The notes under the pieces are model-generated. The model worked only from the letters and a program-made list of their open reading frames with translations, did not search any database and was not told the DNA's origin. DNA of 64,000 nt from Promethearchaeota archaeon. Its GTDB lineage: Archaea; Asgardarchaeota; Heimdallarchaeia; Hodarchaeales; Hodarchaeaceae. Positions 50,797 to 59,179 of this stretch are shown piece by piece (positions within the stretch are counted from its first letter, which is position 1; each line of letters opens with the position of its first letter). The position numbers and the translations under genes are program-made. Where the stretch lies: NCBI GenBank assembly GCA_048938105.1, contig JBHLMN010000004.1:287442-351441 (forward strand), written 5' to 3'.

Positions 50797-53576
50797 TCAT
50801 CATCCCTTTTCTCTAAATAATATGGAATCTTTGTTGAAGTTATATCTGCTTTGAAAATCGCTTCAGGTATCTTAACGAAACTTGGATTGCCTTTCTCTCT
50901 TCTTCTAACTAGATAAACTGTTTTAGCTGGTTTAAGATAGATATTCTGAGGTGAAATAATCAAATAGGTAATCCTACTGCCCCCCAATATTTTCATTAGT
51001 TCTTCTGTCCTTATAGGATCTGTTCGTTCATAAATTTCATCCCAAAAACAAAATGTATGCTTGAGAAATGTTTCTTGAACTGAAACAATAAATGCGATTA
51101 ATATAGCTGCTTTTTCTCCACTACTAAAAATGCTTTCTCCCAAAGCTGAATGGTACTCTGATCCTTCAGAAAATCTAACTTTTAAATCAATTCCAAGGTT
51201 GTCAGTAATGGTATCTGCCTTTCCAATTAAATTTATTCTTCCTTCTGCCTTTATTAGGCTCATGAGTTCATTAAATCTTCGGTTAAGTATCTTAATACTG
51301 TTTTGTAAATCCAAACGATATCTCTTAATATAAGACAAAATTTTGTCTTCCCATATACCCACTTCACCTCTACATTGATCTAATTTCCCTTGAAAATCTT
51401 CAATTTCTGATTCCAGTAACATTATTTCTTGAGAGTGATCTCTTGCATCCTTAACTTTTTCTAATTCTTTTTTTAAGAAATTAGTCTCAGCTTCATAAAA
51501 GCTGGGTACTTCCAGTTTATGTAATTCTGAGAGAGTAACAGATGGAAATTCTACTTCCAACCTTTCTTTTGTTCTCTTAACCGTTCTTAGCTCAATTTCA
51601 ATTCCAGATTTTTGATCTTCTTTGTTTTTAATTTCTGTATTGAGACTATTAATCTTTTCCTTAAATTTTTCCCTTTTTCCTTCCTTTTCTCTTAGTCTTA
51701 CACCTAAGTTTTCTAATTCATTTTGAATTCTACTTTGTTCAATATTATGATCCTCAATAATTTCTTCTAGACTACATTTTTCAAATTCTTTGTCACTAAT
51801 CGTTTTTAATAATTGAGATTTACTCTCCCAATTGACTAGTAATCTTTTGAACTTGTTAAATTTCTTAATATGGTTTAATTTAACCATTTTTTTTTCATTT
51901 TCATTATTTAATTGTTCCTCAAGTCCTTTTATCTCAATATCTAATGTTTCAATTTGTTTTTCCCAATCTATAACTGGTTGAATATTCTCTGATAGAGTAT
52001 AACGATATCCGATACCATCATATAGAATTCCATCATTCTCTATCACTTTTTTACTATATTCTTCATTTTTTATAACTTTTATAAGTTCTTCATTAATTAT
52101 TTCAGATAAAATTTCATATTTACAATTATATAATGATTTAAAATAGTCATTATAAGAAAAAGGGACAGATTTATCTATATCAGTTAAGCTAATCAAATAT
52201 TTTTCAAAATTAGTTTCTTGAAACGCTTTCTTAACTGTTTTAAGATTACTAGAAATATTATTTTCAGTCACAAGGGAATACCGTAGATCTTTCAATATTG
52301 CTTCTATTAAAAGTTTCATTTCTTTCGGTGTGTTTTCATTAAAACTTATAATTTTGTAAAAAGGTTCAGTTAAGATATTTAGATTTCCTAATTTATCTTG
52401 AAATTCAATTGATGGTTTTGTTAAAGGTTTTCCACTCTCTAAATTCATTTTTGTTTTTGTAAGTTTTTGTAAACTCATATCTAATTTATCAAACTCTCTA
52501 TCTATTTGTTTTACCTCTTCTTCGTAAGATTTAATCTTGTTTTTTACTTCAGGAATATCCAAACCTTCTGGAATTTTATTCGCCATAGTATGAAATTCAT
52601 TCAATTTATCAAGCTGTTCTAAAATTTTTCCTAAATTAATGGTAAGATCACTAATCTCATCAGTTTTTATATCCAATTGTCCTTTTACTATTCTATATTT
52701 TTCGTCTAATAACTCTATAGCATCCCTATTTTTTTTTAGATTCTTTTCATATCCCTTTTTCCTTTCTTTATGTTCATTTATATCTTCTAATATCGAGTAT
52801 AGATCATCTTCTAATTTACCTTGATTTTTTATTGCTATATTAAGTTCTGACTTTTTCTTATTTAAAATAGATAAATCTATTCGTTCTTCAATACGTTTCT
52901 TTTTTTCAAATCTGTCCTGTTGCCCTTTTAATAAATTAATTTTTGCACTTTTCTCTAATAACTCGTTATTAATCTTTTGAATCTCTTCATTAATGTTTAC
53001 TAATCTTATTAGATCTTTATCCCAATTTTTCCTTAAGTTTTGTAATTTTAAAATTCTCTCAAAGTGTCTTAAGAGGGAAACTGGCGAACTATCAAGAATA
53101 CTTCTTGTTTGACCTGCTGCAATAAATGTTGCTTGATCATCAGCATTAAACTCTATTTTACTCAATATTTCTCTTATTGTGGCTTGACTCGTTGATTTCC
53201 CATTAATTTTATACGATCGTGTAATTCTTTCTTTCTGATTATTGTCAATGAATCTTTTGAATTCTACTCTGAATTTAATAATATTCATACCTGTAGTCAA
53301 ATGATGTTCAATAAGATCTTTCCCGTTTGTTCGATTACTTATATTAACTTCAGCAAACCCAAAATCTGTACCATTTCTTAGTAATAGATTATTAGGTCTA
53401 CGTGATGTTCCACCAAGGGCAACTAAGACCGCATTCCATATAGATGATTTTCCTGATCCATTATCACCGTAGATTACATTAAGATCCTCAGAAAACTCTA
53501 ACGTAAGACCAGGATCACCTATTCCCATTATATTTACAACAGAAACCGATTTTATCATTTCTAACCCCAAAATCAA
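50793..53576 (-). CDS. SMC-family ATPase (JetC/MksB- or Smc5/6-like)
   Basis: GDNGSGKS, coiled coils, hinge-like PFYKIISF...IEAILKDLRYSLV, FSSGEK and FWDEIYERTDP; no Rad50 CxxC hook. Confidence 0.9.
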   Translation of the reverse strand: MILGLEMIKSVSVVNIMGIGDPGLTLEFSEDLNVIYGDNGSGKSSIWNAVLVALGGTSRRPNNLLLRNGTDFGFAEVNISNRTNGKDLIEHHLTTGMNIIKFRVEFKRFIDNNQKERITRSYKINGKSTSQATIREILSKIEFNADDQATFIAAGQTRSILDSSPVSLLRHFERILKLQNLRKNWDKDLIRLVNINEEIQKINNELLEKSAKINLLKGQQDRFEKKKRIEERIDLSILNKKKSELNIAIKNQGKLEDDLYSILEDINEHKERKKGYEKNLKKNRDAIELLDEKYRIVKGQLDIKTDEISDLTINLGKILEQLDKLNEFHTMANKIPEGLDIPEVKNKIKSYEEEVKQIDREFDKLDMSLQKLTKTKMNLESGKPLTKPSIEFQDKLGNLNILTEPFYKIISFNENTPKEMKLLIEAILKDLRYSLVTENNISSNLKTVKKAFQETNFEKYLISLTDIDKSVPFSYNDYFKSLYNCKYEILSEIINEELIKVIKNEEYSKKVIENDGILYDGIGYRYTLSENIQPVIDWEKQIETLDIEIKGLEEQLNNENEKKMVKLNHIKKFNKFKRLLVNWESKSQLLKTISDKEFEKCSLEEIIEDHNIEQSRIQNELENLGVRLREKEGKREKFKEKINSLNTEIKNKEDQKSGIEIELRTVKRTKERLEVEFPSVTLSELHKLEVPSFYEAETNFLKKELEKVKDARDHSQEIMLLESEIEDFQGKLDQCRGEVGIWEDKILSYIKRYRLDLQNSIKILNRRFNELMSLIKAEGRINLIGKADTITDNLGIDLKVRFSEGSEYHSALGESIFSSGEKAAILIAFIVSVQETFLKHTFCFWDEIYERTDPIRTEELMKILGGSRITYLIISPQNIYLKPAKTVYLVRRREKGNPSFVKIPEAIFKADITSTKIPYYLEKRDDE

Positions 53577-54226
53577 GTCTTCTCATTTTCAAATGTCCAC
53601 CCTTCTAAAATTGAAAAGATTTTTGTATTTAAATCATTAATTTGTTCTGAAAGTTCTGATTTCCAATCCAACAGAACAAATCTCCCACTACTGGTTGTTA
53701 TTCTTTTAATATATTTCTTATTTTCAAGTTTTGCTAGAAAACCTCTAATTTCTCTATTATTATATCCATAAGAGCTTTTGATATAATTAATAAGGGATGT
53801 TTCCGAAATATTTGACTCTATTTGGGACATTATTAATATGTATACCAATGTGGCTTTTTCAGGTGTATTTAATTCTTCTTTCATAAAATCTACGAATTTT
53901 TTGTCACCAGTAAGTATGAAGTTATTGTCATTATCTAAGATTTCTATTGAAAAGCTAGAGAATAGAGCTCTTAACCTTGTTAAATGATGATCTACATCCT
54001 TCCCTAAAATTGTAATAAGTCTATTTTTAGAAACTCCTCTTCCATCATTGAACATTAGAGCTATTAAAACTGCGATTAATCTATTTGATAAGTCTTGTGA
54101 CTTTTCGTTTTTGATCAACAAAACATCATCATCTTGTTTTTTAGTCAGATAGCCTAGAATGTTAAAAAAACACTTAGTAGCTTTAATTTCTTTTGTAGAA
54201 AAGTCGTCAGGTAAAATTATGTTCAG
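53573..54226 (-). CDS. Tandem winged-helix KITE-like subunit (JetB/ScpB/Nse1-3-like); probable CTG start
   Basis: Two wH-like halves (LNTPEKATLVYIL...LAKLENKKYIKR), positioned between the kleisin-like and SMC genes. The frame is open to CTG 54226 behind GAGGTGA. Confidence 0.7.
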   Translation of the reverse strand: MNIILPDDFSTKEIKATKCFFNILGYLTKKQDDDVLLIKNEKSQDLSNRLIAVLIALMFNDGRGVSKNRLITILGKDVDHHLTRLRALFSSFSIEILDNDNNFILTGDKKFVDFMKEELNTPEKATLVYILIMSQIESNISETSLINYIKSSYGYNNREIRGFLAKLENKKYIKRITTSSGRFVLLDWKSELSEQINDLNTKIFSILEGWTFENEKT

Positions 54227-54236
54227 TTATATCACC

Positions 54237-55466
54237 TCAAGCTTTATTGATCAAACCATTTCTTATTCTTGAAATTTTCTGGTGCTTTATTTCGTCTATT
54301 TGCTCCTTTAAGGCAACTTTGATTACTCCCCTAATCTCTAGGTCCTTAATGGCTCTTATTATTGCATTAGAGTCTTCCCATTCTTTATTTTCAATAAGAT
54401 TTTGGATTTGAATAGGTTGAAAATCGCTTAAATGATTATAAATTTCTTCTTGTTTTTCTAATGTCCCTTGATTTGGCCGATATTCCTTCGGAATTTCATT
54501 AACATTATTAATTAATATTGGAACACTGAATTGATGTACTTTAGTTGATACAGACTCTCTTTGCGAGCTTTTTTCATCTTTAATACACCATTTTAAAACA
54601 TTAGTTGATGTAATAATTGGTAAAGATTTGCTACTTAAGAATGGTAAAAATTCAATCAATCTTGCCATTTCTTCAACAGTTGCAGATTTAAGATAGTTCT
54701 GTACATCATCTGGATATATTCCAACTTCAGAAAGCTTAATTTTTCTTTTAATAAAACTTGACTCACGTTTCCAGGCAATTGAGAAAGCTTTAGTCAATTC
54801 TTGACGTAATTTGCTAAAGGGGGCAAAATCCTTTATATTGGTTGTTGGCTTGAGGTGTATATCGACTTGCTCTATTATTTCTCTTCGAAGTTGTTCAAGT
54901 GACTCTCCATATGTCTCATTCGAATCTGATCGATAATTCATATAGATACTTTCTATGATTGATCTCAGTAATTGTTGTAGACTTTCAAAATCACCTATTG
55001 CATCACCCTCTCCAGTCCAGGATAATATCATATCAAATCTTTTTTTCGCCATCCAAAAGTCTGAATTCGGTAATGTAGCTAGCAATTGAGATAAAATAAA
55101 GGCAACCCAATTCCCTTTTGGTGTAAGTATATATGTATTGAAATACTTCCCTTCTATTAAAAGGTTGAGAGTACGCAATTTTGCTAAATCAGACGATTTA
55201 ATTTCGACTAGACCTGGAAAATGATGTTCTACTAATGATTGAATTTCTCTACGGGTCAATGATTGTTCAGGCTTATAATTCCAAGCCATTGATAATAGGA
55301 TTAAGAAACGTCGTATTCCTGAATCACCTCTTTGTGATACTATGAAAAGAATTCCAGAAATTTCTTTTAGAGAATCTAGTGAAAAGAAGATCTTTTTAGA
55401 TCTTCCTGGAAAATAGATTTTCTCTCCGTGAAAATAATCATTAGTCTTCATTTCATCATTTCTCAT
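54237..55466 (-). CDS. Kleisin-like subunit (JetA/MksF-like)
   Basis: N-terminal wH (YILTPKG), helical bundle, low-structure linker and C-terminal wH (IRAIKDLEIRGVIKV); first gene of the SMC operon. Confidence 0.65.
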   Translation of the reverse strand: MRNDEMKTNDYFHGEKIYFPGRSKKIFFSLDSLKEISGILFIVSQRGDSGIRRFLILLSMAWNYKPEQSLTRREIQSLVEHHFPGLVEIKSSDLAKLRTLNLLIEGKYFNTYILTPKGNWVAFILSQLLATLPNSDFWMAKKRFDMILSWTGEGDAIGDFESLQQLLRSIIESIYMNYRSDSNETYGESLEQLRREIIEQVDIHLKPTTNIKDFAPFSKLRQELTKAFSIAWKRESSFIKRKIKLSEVGIYPDDVQNYLKSATVEEMARLIEFLPFLSSKSLPIITSTNVLKWCIKDEKSSQRESVSTKVHQFSVPILINNVNEIPKEYRPNQGTLEKQEEIYNHLSDFQPIQIQNLIENKEWEDSNAIIRAIKDLEIRGVIKVALKEQIDEIKHQKISRIRNGLINKA

Positions 55467-55587
55467 TTTATGTCCCCTACCTGTGACATGAAAAAAAACA
55501 GTAAGATTAGTTATATCTCTTTAATGAATAGTATAAAAATTCTTTTTTCTAAAGAATTTACCACAAAAATTTCTTGGAAAAAATAAA

Positions 55588-56739
55588 CTATTTCTTTCTT
55601 ACTCTGTTCACCTCTCCAAATACATTTAATAATAAATCATTCCACGAATAGATACCAAAATTTCTCCAATGTCCTAGATGACATGCACCTTGAATTGACC
55701 TCATTCCTAAATCTCTTTTTTTTGGTTTTCGCTTATAAATTTCCGCGAATTTCAGTAATTTTTCCTTAGCATGATCAAATCCCTTCTTTCCAATGTAAAT
55801 ATTATTTTTTCGATTAACATCACCAAATATATCAAAAAGTAGATCATTCCATGAATTAATCCCAAAATCTTGCCAATATCCTTTAAAACACGCTTTAGCG
55901 ATTGTTTCCATCCCTTTATCTCTGTAATTAGGTTTTCTTCTGTATTTCTTGCAGAAATCTAAAAGTTCACCTTTTACTCGCTTTAGATTTTCTAATCCTT
56001 TGAAAAGATTAATCTCCTGATTTACTTCTCCAAAAATATCCATTAATAAATCGTTCCATGAAGATATTCCAAACTCCCTCCAATTACCCTGAAGACATGC
56101 TTTTTGAATTGATTTCATCCCTTCATCCCTAATTGTTGGTTTATAGCCTTTTTCTTTGAAAAAAGCAATTATTCTCTTATTTGCGAGCTTTAAACCCTTC
56201 AAACCAACATAAGGATTTCTTTCTTTATTTAATTCTCCAAATACACTCAAAAGTAAATCATTCCATGAGGTAATACCATAATTAGTCCAGTAGTTATGAT
56301 AACATGATTCTATAAGAGATTGCAATTCTTTATCATTGGAAGTAGGCAATCGTTTATGCTTATGATAGAACACCCTCAATTTGCATTGGGCAATCTCTTT
56401 TCCTAATTTTCCTTTCCTCCCATTTGTTTTGATCAAGGCTTTGAGAAAATCTTCAAATTCAGCTAAAAGATATGTTAATTTTCTTAAAAAGTTATATTCT
56501 ACGTTATATTTCTTACAAATCTCATTCGAATATCCAGAAATAAAGAATTCCATTATAATTTGCTTTAACCGCCTAGTCTCTTTTAAAAACCATTTTGAAT
56601 AAAATTCTTCATTATCAATTTTCCATATTCGGAGGTCATCATAAATCTTGACTGAAAAAGTAAAATCTTGATAATCTAGGATTTTTGTTTTCAAATCACT
56701 TGGTTTCACAATTTTGAAGTTTTGCCCATCTACACTCAT
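55588..56739 (-). CDS. Repeat protein B: four 69-aa W..GI.SWNDLL..FG repeats; candidate transposon target selector
   Basis: 207-bp DNA period (55634, 55841, 56048, 56255). Likely start is ATG 56739 behind GGGGA (the track starts at 56856). Confidence 0.8.
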   Translation of the reverse strand: MSVDGQNFKIVKPSDLKTKILDYQDFTFSVKIYDDLRIWKIDNEEFYSKWFLKETRRLKQIIMEFFISGYSNEICKKYNVEYNFLRKLTYLLAEFEDFLKALIKTNGRKGKLGKEIAQCKLRVFYHKHKRLPTSNDKELQSLIESCYHNYWTNYGITSWNDLLLSVFGELNKERNPYVGLKGLKLANKRIIAFFKEKGYKPTIRDEGMKSIQKACLQGNWREFGISSWNDLLMDIFGEVNQEINLFKGLENLKRVKGELLDFCKKYRRKPNYRDKGMETIAKACFKGYWQDFGINSWNDLLFDIFGDVNRKNNIYIGKKGFDHAKEKLLKFAEIYKRKPKKRDLGMRSIQGACHLGHWRNFGIYSWNDLLLNVFGEVNRVRKK

Positions 56740-56819
56740 ATTTAATTCCCCTTGAATTGATATGTCGAAAAGGTTATCGTTTTTGTTAATTCTGACTTTT
56801 ATATCAATAGTATAACGTT

Positions 56820-57941
56820 TTATTCGTTCCAAACCTCCTTTAACAAATCTATCCAAGAATTAATTCCATTTTTAGTCCAATAACCTCTTTGAATTGCTTT
56901 TACAATACCACCTACACCCTTTGACCTTCTTGTAGGTTTTATTTCATTTGTCTTATAATACATTCTTAGGTAGGCTTTTGCATATTCTAATCCTTCCTCT
57001 CCAGTCCATATGTGACTCTTTTTATTTACTTCTCCAAAAATATGAAAAAGGAAATCATTCCAGGAGTGAATTTTTTGATCTTCCCAATATTTCCTCTTGA
57101 TTGCTGTACAAATTCCCATCATTTTACAGTCATTAGCTTTAGGTTTTCTCTCATGAGTCGAATAAAATTCTAACGCTTCCATTTTTGCTTTTTCAAACCC
57201 AGCTTGCCCTGTATATACATTATTTTCTTTATTAACTTCCCCAAAGATTGTTTTCAGTAAATCATTCCATGATTTTATATTAAAATCCTTCCAAATACCT
57301 CGTGAGATAATATTTAGGTATTGTGACATCCCATTATCCCTTGTAGTTGGAATTCGATCAAATTCGCGATGAAAGTTACGAAGTTTTTCTTCAACTACTT
57401 CCAATCCTTCTTTACCATTATAAGTACCATATTCTTGATTCACATCACCAAAAGCAGCCCTGAGTAGTTCATTCCAACTTGTAATTACATATTTTTCCCA
57501 ATAAAGCTTTCTTCTTAGAGCTTTTTGAAGTCCATTAAACCCCTTATCTCTCTGAACAGGATTACGTCCTTTTTCTTTTTTAAAAAGTCTTAAACGAGCT
57601 TTAGCGAGTTCTAAACCTAATCTTCCCTTCCAACCATTTACCCTGAATAACGCAGATGTGATATTGGTGAATTCTAGAACGTTGAAAGCTAATTCTCTAA
57701 TAAGTTGAAAATCTTGATCGTATTTATCACAAACTGATTGGGAGTATCCTTCTTGAATAAATTCTATTACAATAATCCTTAGTTTTTGAACTTCCTCTAG
57801 GAACCATTTGGAATAACATTCTTCATTATTAATCTTCCACAAACCAGAGAAATTTAATAGGTTGATATTCTCTAGATTAGTTCCAACTGAATGAATAGCA
57901 TCTGCAGTTTTACATGGCTTTGGAATTTTAAAAATGTCCAA
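56820..57941 (-). CDS. Repeat protein A: four ~69-aa repeats, paralog of 55588..56739
   Basis: Shared N-domain WKI.NEE.YSKWFL.E and the same repeat consensus; directly downstream of tnsC. Confidence 0.8.
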   Translation of the reverse strand: MDIFKIPKPCKTADAIHSVGTNLENINLLNFSGLWKINNEECYSKWFLEEVQKLRIIVIEFIQEGYSQSVCDKYDQDFQLIRELAFNVLEFTNITSALFRVNGWKGRLGLELAKARLRLFKKEKGRNPVQRDKGFNGLQKALRRKLYWEKYVITSWNELLRAAFGDVNQEYGTYNGKEGLEVVEEKLRNFHREFDRIPTTRDNGMSQYLNIISRGIWKDFNIKSWNDLLKTIFGEVNKENNVYTGQAGFEKAKMEALEFYSTHERKPKANDCKMMGICTAIKRKYWEDQKIHSWNDFLFHIFGEVNKKSHIWTGEEGLEYAKAYLRMYYKTNEIKPTRRSKGVGGIVKAIQRGYWTKNGINSWIDLLKEVWNE

Positions 57942-57967
57942 ATCATAATCATTTCCCCTTAAATCTT

Positions 57968-59179
57968 CTATATCCGATCACCCTCTCTATTAACTAGTTT
58001 AATGTTTTTATGTTTCATTTTATAATGATTAATTAAATTTCTGTATGTTTTGTAAGGAGATCGAGACCTTTTGCACCCTTTAATCTTACATAAACGGTCT
58101 TCAAACCCAAGGACAATTTTCAGCTCATTACCATCCTCATGCTCTACTCTAAGAGTTTCATAATTAACTCCCTCAAGGATAATTAAGCCATAATCATCTT
58201 TATCTGGATAGAGTCGTCCTGCGTTAAGGGCTCTTTTTGCTGCATATTTGATCAGTTCAACAGTCAATCCCGCTTTCCCATAACTTCTTTTATAAAGAAA
58301 CATTGCTATTTCTGGATTTAAAACTAAATTTTCACTAGATTTATCCTCAATTACCAAATTCCATTTATCTGAAATTCCCATTGATGTGAAATCTTCATGA
58401 ATAGCCCATAGAAAATTACCATATTCAATCTGGGGTAAACTCCTTAGTTTAATAGAATGGGCTCTTCCTTGTATCCAGTCAGCTGCATCTAATAATGGAA
58501 GGCCATCTTGTGTTCCACAGAGCAAAAAATATGTTCTTAATGAGTCTTTCCAGTATGATTTTGTTGTTAAGTCTTTCAAAGCCTCAAAGATATTCGGAAT
58601 GTCAGGATTTCTAGATTTTAATAGGCGTTGACATTCATCTATAATTAATAAACGTGTTTTATACGATTCTAGTACTGATATGAGTTTCTGTCGGAGACGG
58701 ACTTCACAAACATTAGTTTTTTCCCAATTCTTAACCTGACGCGGATCAATAGGCCGTCCTAATTGATCTAGTAGAAATAACAATAATTGTTTCGCAGTGT
58801 TAATATCATTTGTTAAATTAACAATGATAATTGGATGAGTTTCTTCAGGATTGTCCCAGTATGAACGATATTTCTCTTTAAAAAGGGAAGCTGAATATCT
58901 TAATAAATAGGACTTTCCTGAATTATAATCTCCATACAAGAATAATATCCGACCCCGATCATTCATATCTTGATCAGCATCACGAAATCTAGGATCAAGT
59001 TCAAGTCTAATAATTTCTTTTGCTTGGTTATACATATAGAATGGTTTTCGTGTATTAATTCGGTCAAGAATTTCCTTTAATTCTTTAGGAAGTGAATCCA
59101 ACAGTTCAAGATGGTCTTCTGACACTTCAAAGTTATCATAACTATCAATTGAATTAGAAGTCATGTTTTCTATACTCAC
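57968..59179 (-). CDS. tnsC: TnsC/TniB AAA+ ATPase with C-terminal C2H2 zinc finger
   Basis: GDYNSGKS, LLIIDECQ, LCGT and IQGR; C-terminal CKIKGC...HYKMKH; overlaps the tnsAB stop by 4 nt. Confidence 0.88.
   Translation of the reverse strand: MSIENMTSNSIDSYDNFEVSEDHLELLDSLPKELKEILDRINTRKPFYMYNQAKEIIRLELDPRFRDADQDMNDRGRILFLYGDYNSGKSYLLRYSASLFKEKYRSYWDNPEETHPIIIVNLTNDINTAKQLLLFLLDQLGRPIDPRQVKNWEKTNVCEVRLRQKLISVLESYKTRLLIIDECQRLLKSRNPDIPNIFEALKDLTTKSYWKDSLRTYFLLCGTQDGLPLLDAADWIQGRAHSIKLRSLPQIEYGNFLWAIHEDFTSMGISDKWNLVIEDKSSENLVLNPEIAMFLYKRSYGKAGLTVELIKYAAKRALNAGRLYPDKDDYGLIILEGVNYETLRVEHEDGNELKIVLGFEDRLCKIKGCKRSRSPYKTYRNLINHYKMKHKNIKLVNREGDRI

Noticed and set aside
50793-53576. Rad50/SbcC or the housekeeping condensin Smc
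   Set aside because: No zinc hook and no Mre11 neighbour; short arms, transposon location and jetABC-like gene order argue against housekeeping Smc.
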